From an uncultured cyanobacterium (GTDB taxonomy: Bacteria > Cyanobacteriota > Cyanobacteriia > Cyanobacteriales > Nostocaceae): a stretch of DNA of 64,000 nucleotides. The translations under genes and the position numbers were made by a program. Numbering within the stretch: the first letter of the stretch is position 1; the number at the start of each line of letters is the position of its first letter. The notes beneath the pieces were generated by a model. That model did no database searches, was not told the DNA's origin, and saw only the letters and a list, made by a program, of their open reading frames with translations. Positions 40,000 through 48,693 of this stretch are shown here, in pieces. The stretch covers positions 3,921,413-3,985,412 of the forward strand of contig CAVUDP010000002.1 in NCBI GenBank assembly GCA_963740315.1, written 5' to 3'.

Positions 40000-40362
40000 T
40001 TAATATTCGTTATTGAGCATTAAGACTTTTTCAACTAAATACAGCTTGATATGGCTCAATGGAAAATCTGTATATTCGATTTCTTGGCGTAAAACTTCTT
40101 GATTGGTGTCCCACTCGCATATCAAAACACCGGAATTTTCTTGAACTCGTAAATGCCAAATTTGAAATTCTCGTAGTTGTGGATTAGACAAGAATTGCTT
40201 TGTTTGATGTGAGGCGATAGCATCTAGGAGCCAATAGCAATTTACTTCTTGTGCTAGGTATTGGATACCATCAGTATATTTCAAGCCGAGCCAATGTTTG
40301 TAGAGAGTCGCTGAACCATAAAATTGGTTTAGCTCGCTGGCTATTTCTTGTGGAGAAATCAT
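40000..40362 (-). CDS. DUF6876-like plasmid protein
   Basis: L.QFYGS...Y.H....YTDGI.YLA....CYWLLDAIAS...FQIW.L...IEYTDFP...LMLNNEY. Confidence 0.75.
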   Translation of the reverse strand: MISPQEIASELNQFYGSATLYKHWLGLKYTDGIQYLAQEVNCYWLLDAIASHQTKQFLSNPQLREFQIWHLRVQENSGVLICEWDTNQEVLRQEIEYTDFPLSHIKLYLVEKVLMLNNEY

Positions 40363-40697
40363 TTTTTAATCCTTAATTTTACGGACTTCACGTGAAGTCT
40401 TGCGGGAGAATCTTCCCCCGCAGAGCTTCACAACTTCATCGGCGTGAGCCGTAAAACGATAACTGCTGATAATAAATACCAGCAGTTGAGAAATTTTTAT
40501 TGATTTCTATTTCTACCCCTTTGGCAGTTTTTAATTAAAAAGGTAGATACCGGCGTTGTATCTCCTAGTGTAAATTTAAAGAAATACTCAAAGCATTGAT
40601 AGTTTGTCGGTCATCTATAACTTATTGCATGACTGCAAGAATCTGACTATTATTTTTAACAGCTATACCAGAAGCTGTTAAAGTGAAGGATTTAATT

Positions 40698-41390
40698 TCA
40701 AGTTTTTAGCAATGTATCTTGAGTTACCCGTCCATCTTCCATCCGTAAAATTCTATCGGCAACATCTAAAATGCGGCTATCGTGAGTCACTAGCAAAATA
40801 GTACTTCCTTGTAGCTTAGCTAGTTTTTGCATGATATTCACCACATCTCGACCAGATTTACTGTCTAATGCTGCTGTAGGTTCATCTGCCAGTACGAGTA
40901 AAGGCTCACCCACTAATGCACGAGCAATAGCAATTCTTTGTTTTTGCCCACCAGAAAGCTTTTCGGGATAATAATCGATGCGTTCCCCTAAACCGACAGA
41001 TGTTAATATAGCTTGCGACCTCGCGATACGCTCCCCAATCGACAAATTCTCATGCAACCGCAGTGACATTCCCACATTTTGCTGTGCTGTGAGGGATTCA
41101 AGTAAATTATGAGACTGAAAAATGAATCCAATTTGCTGACGAATTTTGACTAACTGCGATTTTGTTGCACCGTATAATTCCCGACCAAATATACGAACGC
41201 TACCTTGCTGTATTGAACGTAAACCACCAATCAATGTCAGCAAAGTGGTTTTACCGCTTCCCGATGGTCCGCGCATAATGACAATTTCACCTCTGTAAAT
41301 GTCTAAATTGACATCATCTAAAACTGGCTTACATAAATCACCTTTACCAAAAGCATGGCAGAGATGGCGAACGGTGACAACAGCTTCCAT
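40698..41390 (-). CDS. devA: DevA-family ABC exporter ATP-binding subunit
   Basis: GPSGSGKT, LSGGQKQR, ADEPT; ATG 41390 with AGGAGGAG RBS. Confidence 0.9.
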   Translation of the reverse strand: MEAVVTVRHLCHAFGKGDLCKPVLDDVNLDIYRGEIVIMRGPSGSGKTTLLTLIGGLRSIQQGSVRIFGRELYGATKSQLVKIRQQIGFIFQSHNLLESLTAQQNVGMSLRLHENLSIGERIARSQAILTSVGLGERIDYYPEKLSGGQKQRIAIARALVGEPLLVLADEPTAALDSKSGRDVVNIMQKLAKLQGSTILLVTHDSRILDVADRILRMEDGRVTQDTLLKT

Positions 41391-41404
41391 AGCTCCTCCT
41401 CTAG

Positions 41405-42595
41405 TTAAAATACATCCGCAGGGTCGGCAGAGCGAAGTTTTCGCATGGCAATCGCCGCTGATATCAAACACATTAAAACTGTGGCAATTAATACTTGCGA
41501 TGCTACAGTAGCTTTCATTGCTAAGGGTATCCGCGTTAGATTTCCAAGGAGAGCATACATACCGATTGAGGTTACGTATCCCGGTGCAAATCCGATCAGG
41601 GCAATTATAATTCCTTGTTGAAAAACTACAGCTAACAAACTACCGTCTGAATAACCCATTGCCTTTAAGGTCGCGTATTCGGGTAAATGGTCGCTGATAT
41701 CGGTGTACAAGATTTGGTAGACAATTACGACTCCAACAATAAACCCCATAATTGCGCCAAAGTTAAAAATTGTACCCGCAGGATGTTCGTTCGACCAAAA
41801 GGCTAATTCCAATTTCTTAAACTCTTGACGATTCAAAACTCTGATATCGCTGGGTAATCGCGATCGCAAATTTCGGGCAACTATTTCACGGTTTGCTCCT
41901 GGTTTCAGCTTGAGAACACCAACGTGAACTTTATCGATACTGTTAGAACCAAACAAGCGTAAATAATTTTGGTCGCTGGTGACAATATTACCGCGAATGA
42001 ACATCGTACTTCCCAAGGTAAAAATTCCACCAACCTTGACTCTACGACCGGACAATTCCGTAGTAATAGTTTCTCCTCGATTAAAAGATTCCACCACATG
42101 ACCAGCTGATTGTTGAGATTTGCGGTCAAACAAAACTACGTTGGGTAATTTAATCTGCTCTAAGTGCTGATTTAATTCCGGTAAATCGAAAACTGGACGA
42201 AACGGGTCAAATGCAATTACAGCAACTGGTGCAATTTCTTTTTTCCAAGGATTGACCCAGGCACCAAAAGAATAGTATAAAGGACTACTCGAAGCCACAT
42301 CTTTGACATCAGTTGCTTGATATAAATATGCTTTAGGGAAACCTCGGGTTTCTAATAAAGTTTTTGTCCGCTTGCTAACTAAAACTAAATCGGCATTTAG
42401 ATGTTCGTGAACCACGACTGAACCATCAAATAGCATCGATTTAAACCCCAACATCATAAAAATTAAAATGTCAGCAAAAGCAATTCCTGACATTGCTATT
42501 AGCAAACGAATTTTCTGATGACTTAGTTGCGACCAACCCAGAGAAGGTTCCTGGGAAAACTTCGTCAGTAAATTTGTGAGTAAAGGAAGTTTCAT
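41405..42595 (-). CDS. devC: DevC-family ABC exporter permease
   Basis: GIAFADILIF, VYQILYTDISDHLPEYATLKAMGY, KLRSADPADVF. Confidence 0.9.
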   Translation of the reverse strand: MKLPLLTNLLTKFSQEPSLGWSQLSHQKIRLLIAMSGIAFADILIFMMLGFKSMLFDGSVVVHEHLNADLVLVSKRTKTLLETRGFPKAYLYQATDVKDVASSSPLYYSFGAWVNPWKKEIAPVAVIAFDPFRPVFDLPELNQHLEQIKLPNVVLFDRKSQQSAGHVVESFNRGETITTELSGRRVKVGGIFTLGSTMFIRGNIVTSDQNYLRLFGSNSIDKVHVGVLKLKPGANREIVARNLRSRLPSDIRVLNRQEFKKLELAFWSNEHPAGTIFNFGAIMGFIVGVVIVYQILYTDISDHLPEYATLKAMGYSDGSLLAVVFQQGIIIALIGFAPGYVTSIGMYALLGNLTRIPLAMKATVASQVLIATVLMCLISAAIAMRKLRSADPADVF

Positions 42596-42640
42596 GGTGG
42601 ATTCCCCCGGTTCCTATCTAATTACATAGAAACCTAGAAA

Positions 42641-42657
42641 TGTGAGGAATTTGTGAG
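42641..42657 (-). promoter_or_regulatory. Direct-repeat regulon box upstream of devC
   Basis: CTCACAAATTCCTCACA on the gene strand. Confidence 0.7.
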
Positions 42658-42974
42658 ACTGTGGGATTTATCTTAACTTTTAGGGATTTTAACTCCCTGC
42701 TAACTTGCTATGTGTTGTCACATCTTTCCTAAAAATCTTAATTGTAACAAATCTCTAGATATTAATTCGCGTAGACTCCGCCTTGTGGTTGAATCATAAT
42801 GCTAGTTTGACTTTCGCTGAAATTAGTCGTTTCATCCAAAGACAACTCTAAATGATTCGTGAAATTACTTGTAGAGGTAGAGAACAGAGAACGGGAAACC
42901 CGGATTTATCCACACATCTGAAGAAGCCTTATAAAACCTAGTAATGCGTTTGATTAATTCCGACAGATTGTAGG

Positions 42975-43345
42975 GGCAAAGTATAGCCTGGAGGATAAAC
43001 AGAATCCTGAAAAGCGCAAGATATTTAAAGAAAAATTATTTGAATATTTAAGAATAACATTCATATACTCCAGAACTTTGCAGGTATGGTTTTGGGACGA
43101 AAGTGGATTTATTTTTAGAGTTATAAGAAGAAAAACATGGGGAAGAAAAAGTCGCAGAAAAAAAGTTACTGGACAACGCAGAAGAGGCAGAGTAAATCCG
43201 CAAAGGAGGATTACGCTACCACGATAAAAAAAGAATTAATTTCGTCATAAAAAAAGGAGATGCGAATATATTTTGTGAGCAGCTTACTCTTTTATATAAC
43301 TTATGCAGACAAGAATGAATAGAGCAAGGAAATAAAATTGAAAAC
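42975..43345 (+). pseudogene. Degraded IS630-family transposase fragment
   Basis: AKYSLEDKQNPEKR...LQVWFWDESGF...RRKTWG...GQRRRGRVN with frameshifts and stops. Confidence 0.75.
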
Positions 43346-43713
43346 TTCAATATGCTCAATTGGATGCTTGGGCAAAACACCTAAGTTCTCAACTATCAGC
43401 ACTGTTTATGACGCTTTCGTTTATGGCATTGTTGGTAATTCCCGATTTAAAGCTTAGCGATAGAGGTTTGTTTAGTGGTAAAGATTTAAAGTTTGTTTCG
43501 CTGTGGAAATAGCTAACGGTTTATGCTGAGGAGTAAAGTTTTTCTATAAGCGAGTTGATAAATTTATTTCTATATTTGTGGAGTAAGGTTACGTTTGTCT
43601 GTTCTTTATCAATTGTGTCACCTTTTCTTAAAAGATGTACATTTCCCTTACCCGCTGCTCCCTGCCTTAAAACGACATGATGTGTACCTCACTTAGATGA
43701 AAACTACTGTATA

Positions 43714-44750
43714 TATAGCGGTTTTCAGTTGGATGGAATACAGTAACCACAATGTTGAAACCAACCAAAAATATCCGTTAAGCTAACAGTTTCAAAAGCT
43801 TCTGTAATCGCTTTATCTAAATCGGAATAAGTTCTCGTCTCTTTTGAGCGTAAAAACTCTTTCATTTTTGAGCAAAAATTTTCTATCGGAGAAAAATCTG
43901 GTGAGTAGGGTGATAAATAAATTAACTGAGCGCCTACTGATTCAATCGCTTCTTTAATACCATTCACTTTATGTGAGCTAAAATTATCCATAACGACACA
44001 AGCTCCTTCCCATAAAGAAGGGAACTAAAACTTGATTAACATAAGTTCCAAAAGCGTTTTTATCATTTCCACCTTTAAAACTCATAGCACCAATAATACC
44101 TTTGAGAGCGATCGCCCCAATTATAGTTACATTTTTACCACGTTTATCTGGACGCGAACCATGCGCTCTTTTACCCTTTTCCGACCTGGCATACAGTCTA
44201 GTCATGGCTATGTTTACTCCAGACTCGTCAATAAACACTAAGTTATGTAAGTCAATTTTACGTATATTCTCTAAGTACTCTTGTCTTAATTTTCGGACTC
44301 TATCTGTGTCCTGTTCGGCGGCGTGCAAGGTTTTTTTTTCGAGTTAACTGGAGCTTTTCTAATGTCTTCCACATTCCCGAACAGCTTATTTTAACATTAG
44401 CTTCTTTCTCTATTTTTACGCATAATTCTTCCAAAGTAGCATCATTATTTTCTTCTACCAATTTTTGTAAAATCGGATAATGTTCTTGCTTTATTTTGGC
44501 TGGATTACCACTTTTATGTGGCAATCTTTCTATCCGACCTGTATCTAAATAACGACTTATCAATCTTTGTACAAAGCTGAGACTTACATGGAAGCGTTTG
44601 GCAAGTTTTCGATACGAACCTTCTTTATTATGAAAAGCGTTAATAATTTTTTGGCGTAGGTCTTTGTCGTAAGCTTTCATAAAATATCATTGATACACCC
44701 TTCGTTATATGTTACCGCTTTTGTATTCCACTCAACTGAAAACCGCTATA
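43714..44750 (-). mobile_element. IS630-family insertion sequence
   Basis: 29-bp TIRs including terminal TA (TATAGCGGTTTTCAGTTG...), 2 mismatches. orfA 44300-44680 (HTH); A9 slippery site ~44331-44339; DDE motifs FIDESG / MDN / SPDFSPIE; extra +1 frameshift ~44020. Confidence 0.92.
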
Positions 44751-44763
44751 GTAAATCATCCAT

Positions 44764-45004
44764 CAATACCTTTGCCAAAATAAGAGCCTAACAAAAATTT
44801 GGCAAAACTGGCAAAATCACTCATGCATAAGCGTTTAGCTGACAAGATAGTTTGGACTCTCAAACCCTTTATCCTATGTGAAATACGCTAAAAAAGCTTT
44901 GCGAGAAACCCCGAAGGAATTTTTAGGACTGATTGTTTTTGCCCAGCTTCGGAGAAACGGAAGTTTGTACATCAACTCACCCTCGTAAATTGGCGAAGGT
45001 ATTG
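44764..45004. mobile_element. Non-autonomous MITE with 15-bp TIRs
   Basis: CAATACCTTTGCCAA...TTGGCGAAGGTATTG (1 mismatch); second left-end copy at 45863-45912. Confidence 0.7.
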
Positions 45005-45062
45005 TATTCTGGAGGCAATATTACCGACTCAAAGTATAAAGATAAGTAAATAAATTTACATC

Positions 45063-45079
45063 CTCACAAATTCCTCACA
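45063..45079 (+). promoter_or_regulatory. Direct-repeat regulon box upstream of the 45122 ORF
   Basis: CTCACAAATTCCTCACA followed by TATAATCT. Confidence 0.7.
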
Positions 45080-45121
45080 AGCTTTTTATAATCTAAATAC
45101 TGACGATTTTTGGGTAAAGAA

Positions 45122-45838
45122 ATGTCGTATTCAAAAGAAGCGTTAGAGTATATGAATTATCTTTCGTCTCCACCACGGAGCCTTAAAATGTTCGGAACTA
45201 AGTATGAACAAATCAACAGTACAGACCCTCCAAAACCGACAGATCCGAGCTTATTAACGGATTGCATCACATTTGCTGCCCGTGCGATTTCTGGCGGATT
45301 TATGCGCCAAGGAGATTCTGAATCCGCCAACCGGGTAATGAAGCTTGTTAATGATGGAACTCATTTAGCGAAATACCTAGTGAGTTTTCATGATTGGATC
45401 GCGATATATTGTAATCCTGATGTACCGCATCCTGCCGATGGCGATCCCGAACATCCATCTACTTATCAAACGTGGAAGAGGACTCGTGCATATTACGAAG
45501 TCGATACCAAATACTGCGCGATCAACTACAAGCCTACTCCATACAATGAGTATCTTTGGGAGGAGCAGGGCTGGAGACAACCAGAAACATCAAGAGAAGA
45601 TGCGAAAATACAGGCTATGAAGGAGATTCCATTCGGTTTTGGACTATCTCACGGTGCCTACCATACTTGGCTCTGGAGCTATGGTAAAGTACATGATGTT
45701 CATTGGACAAATCGGGGTTCGGAATTGTTTGATGTCACGCCTTTTTTTGAATTTAATAATGACTGGCTGTCTCATCTAGTCGTCGTTCCGCCAGATGGAT
45801 TAAGGTCTAATCTTAGATCGATACTTGACGAAAATTGA
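45122..45838 (+). CDS. Hypothetical protein, possible papain-like/NlpC-P60 Cys-His hydrolase
   Basis: TDCITF and YHTWLWSYGKVHDVH; visibly higher GC than flanks. Confidence 0.55.
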   Translation: MSYSKEALEYMNYLSSPPRSLKMFGTKYEQINSTDPPKPTDPSLLTDCITFAARAISGGFMRQGDSESANRVMKLVNDGTHLAKYLVSFHDWIAIYCNPDVPHPADGDPEHPSTYQTWKRTRAYYEVDTKYCAINYKPTPYNEYLWEEQGWRQPETSREDAKIQAMKEIPFGFGLSHGAYHTWLWSYGKVHDVHWTNRGSELFDVTPFFEFNNDWLSHLVVVPPDGLRSNLRSILDEN

Positions 45839-45928
45839 ATTTTCGTTACTAAACCTTTTCAACAATACCTTTGCCAAAATAAGAACCTACAAAAATTGTG
45901 ACAGAATTGGCACTTTGATGGGGGTTTA

Positions 45929-45982
45929 CGTAGTGCGAGCATCTCGATCGGGAGCGCCAGCGAGCAAGATGCTCGCACTACG
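45929..45982. repeat. REP-like hairpin between convergent genes
   Basis: CGTAGTGCGAGCATCT...AGATGCTCGCACTACG, 16-bp perfect arms. Confidence 0.8.
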
Positions 45983-46020
45983 AATGTGTCACCCCTCATA
46001 ACTTATGTAGTCAAGGACTA

Positions 46021-46765
46021 CTAGGTGGTTTCTTCCTTTAAATTCTGCCCGTCTTGTTTGAAGAAGAGGCTCAGTAGTATTGCTGAAACAATTAACGCGA
46101 TCCAATCTATTAAAATTACAGCAACTTCATATCTGTATTCCAGGTCGCTTCGGTATAAAACAGCTAGGACAACTAAAGAACCGACTGCCAACACACCACT
46201 TGTCACGAACAGGAAGCCTATTGCTCGCTCAAGCTTGTGAGGTCGGTCAAACACAGTAGCGGCAAACAGCAAGGCTATGCCCACCATCAGGTAGCCAATA
46301 TCTTCTAAAGCGATGAAGACCCCGTGCGGATTGTATTGCGAGAACAGCGAGAGTCCTTCGACTTCACCCTTCAGTAGACTGGGCTGGACGACTGCAAGCT
46401 GAATAAAGTAGTTTGTAGCGAGTGTAGACGTAGCGATAGTGGCAAAGCATAATGCAATTAGACTAAATATCTTTTTATCGGTAGAAGCGTAGTAATGGAT
46501 ACAAGCTATGAGAACAACGAACGCTGGCATCATCAGGAATGCTGGATACATCCAGATGTAGTCAATGGGAACGAATGCAGCAGCGTCAGTGTAGGGAGGG
46601 ATATGTAATACATGAATCCACCATGCAGAAAGGTCCAGAGCGTGCGGGGGCAGTTGTAGTGGCGATCGCCAAAGCTGACACTGAGCAAAGCGACGTGAGA
46701 ATTGCTACCCAGAATCCCATCTGACTGGCGCTACTGGTTGCGGATGCAATAAAGATTTTTTTCAT
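46021..46765 (-). pseudogene. Polytopic membrane protein disrupted by a 4-bp duplication
   Basis: ATG 46765 MKKIFIAS...CITYP; removing one TCCC (AGGG duplicate at 46593-46600) gives YPYTDAAAFVPIDYIWMYP, joining the 46021..46551 ORF. Confidence 0.75.
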
Positions 46766-46797
46766 GAAATTTACATCTTGTTTACTTTAATTCCAAA

Positions 46798-48036
46798 TCA
46801 TTCCAGATTCACAGTAACCCGCACCTGCAAGTTAGTCAGTCCGGCAACTTTGGGCGTATCTTGCGGATCTAACTTGACTTTAACCTCCACAACTCGCGCA
46901 TCTTTATCGGCTGCTGGATCGGAATCCAAAATATCTTGTTTATTAATTTGCAAACCTATATGGTCAATAGTTCCGTGTAATGTACCTGCAAATCCACCAT
47001 GTTCGCTGATTATCGATGCACGCTGACCGACTTGAATCTTACTCACATCAGTTTCGTAGATTTCGGCGATCGCATACATTTGTTGAGTGCGTCCTAATTC
47101 CACAATCCCTTGACTGGTGTTAACTTGTTCGCCGACACGAGTGTTAATTTTCAAGATTTGTCCCGCTACGGGAGAGCGAACGTAGAAGTCTTCTAACTCA
47201 GCTTTGACACGGTTGATGAGAACAGCAGCTTTTTCCACCTCTGCTTGTGCAACTTTTACATCTACCGGACGAACTTCTTTCAACTTCTCTAACATTGCTT
47301 TTTCGGCTTGAACTTGTTTTTGCAAAGTGGAAACAGTTGTTTCTAATTGTGCTTGAGCAGCTTCGAGATTTGCTTGTGCGGTTCTAAAAGCTTCGCGCTT
47401 GTTGTCAAAATCTGCTGTTGCAATAGCTCCTTGACGATGCAGTACTTGGTAACGTCTATAGCTAGCTTCCGCGTTTTGTAATTGTGCTTTTGTACGAGCA
47501 ATAGTAGCTTGTTTTTCAACTGTTTCTGTTTTTAATTGCGCTTGTGTTCTGGCAATGATCGCTTCTTGCGCGTTTATTTCTGCCAGTTTTGCTTCTCCTG
47601 CTTTAATTTTGGAAAACTTAGCCCTTGCTACTGCTAAATTCTTTTCTGCTTCGGTCAATTCCATCAGCTTTTTATCGGTTCCTTGCAAAATCGCAATGGT
47701 TTGACCGGCTTTTACTCTATCTCCTTCATTAACAAGTAATTTATTTACTCGGCTATCTTGAGCATAAGCAACCGATAATTTAATTACTTCACCTTGCGGT
47801 TGCAATCGTCCCAAGGCTGTAATTTTAGTAATAGGAGCAATAGTAGTAGTTGGAGTTGGTGTAGGTTTTCTTGTTTGAATTTGGGAGATTACATAAACCG
47901 AACCCGCACCAAGAAAAGTTGTCAAAATTACGCCAGCTACCCAGTAAATAACTTTTTTACTACCCCTTTGTTTGGGGGTATTTGCTGGCTGTACGAATAA
48001 AGAATTTTCCGGTTTTTTATCTTTTGTTACAACCAT
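46798..48036 (-). CDS. devB: DevB-family membrane fusion protein (HlyD)
   Basis: ALGRLQPQGEVIKLS, coiled coil, VRSPVAGQIL, DARVVEVKVKL. Confidence 0.9.
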   Translation of the reverse strand: MVVTKDKKPENSLFVQPANTPKQRGSKKVIYWVAGVILTTFLGAGSVYVISQIQTRKPTPTPTTTIAPITKITALGRLQPQGEVIKLSVAYAQDSRVNKLLVNEGDRVKAGQTIAILQGTDKKLMELTEAEKNLAVARAKFSKIKAGEAKLAEINAQEAIIARTQAQLKTETVEKQATIARTKAQLQNAEASYRRYQVLHRQGAIATADFDNKREAFRTAQANLEAAQAQLETTVSTLQKQVQAEKAMLEKLKEVRPVDVKVAQAEVEKAAVLINRVKAELEDFYVRSPVAGQILKINTRVGEQVNTSQGIVELGRTQQMYAIAEIYETDVSKIQVGQRASIISEHGGFAGTLHGTIDHIGLQINKQDILDSDPAADKDARVVEVKVKLDPQDTPKVAGLTNLQVRVTVNLE

Positions 48037-48100
48037 AATCTGCGGACGGGATTAATGTTACACAGTTAATTAGTCCCGTACTTATGTTGTATAGAAATAA

Positions 48101-48117
48101 CATGAGGAACTTGTGAG
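48101..48117 (-). promoter_or_regulatory. Direct-repeat regulon box upstream of devB
   Basis: CTCACAAGTTCCTCATG, 9 bp, TACAAC. Confidence 0.7.
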
Positions 48118-48456
48118 GAAATGTCCGGTAAAATATTTATCATATCTGTTGAGGCTGGTAATTGGTAATTGGTAATAGGTTTCAAAGCTGAAAGATATTG
48201 TAAGTAATTACTTTCTATATGCCGCTGGGATTACCTATAAAATTATTGTTTCCTTAATAAATAATGATTAGTTAAGTATAATCTAGGAATAGAATAATTA
48301 ATATTACTCAAAGAATATTTTTTAAATATAAATTTAGGATTAGCTTAGATGATAAAAATACTTTAACCTTAGTTTCAAGTAGAATCTAAATGTTAAAGTT
48401 GGTAATCATATTTCAGTTTTACTGATAGAAAATCCTTCTGCAACATCCGTAAAAAA

Positions 48457-48576
48457 TTAATAAGCGGGATGTGTCATAACTATCATCCAAACTAATAGAA
48501 CCGCAAGCAGTACTGCGAGTTTGACAATTAGATATGTAATATCTGTTGTAAATGGTATTAGTGTAAAGTATTCCAT
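48457..48576 (-). CDS. Uncalled 39-aa single-TM small protein
   Basis: MEYFTLIPFTTDITYLIVKLAVLLAVLLVWMIVMTHPAY; GGAGG RBS 8 nt before ATG; own regulon box at 48638. Confidence 0.65.
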   Translation of the reverse strand: MEYFTLIPFTTDITYLIVKLAVLLAVLLVWMIVMTHPAY

Positions 48577-48637
48577 CTTTGCTACCTCCAATGTAAATGC
48601 TTTATAGGGAATGTATATTATTAATCTAGAAAATAAA

Positions 48638-48654
48638 TTTGAGAATCTTGTGAG
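48638..48654 (-). promoter_or_regulatory. Direct-repeat regulon box upstream of the small ORF
   Basis: CTCACAAGATTCTCAAA, 9 bp, TAGATT. Confidence 0.65.
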
Positions 48655-48693
48655 GAAGCTTTATTCTGATAAGTATAATGACACGATACTTTT

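Larger units (their letters stand above)
1..40450. mobile_element. Integrative/conjugative element (or integrase-bearing conjugative plasmid) backbone; boundaries not determined
   Basis: Integrase, xis, T4SS, T4CP, relaxase, Rep/DnaB and ParM in one contiguous block. Confidence 0.8.

Noticed and set aside
43345..43712. Possible gene remnant and MITE end left of IS630
   Set aside because: Reading frames are interrupted by stops and no family is recognisable; boundaries cannot be supported
40698..48036. Heterocyst glycolipid exporter function for devBCA
   Set aside because: Filamentous cyanobacteria have many paralogues and there is no hgl context here; only family membership is supported
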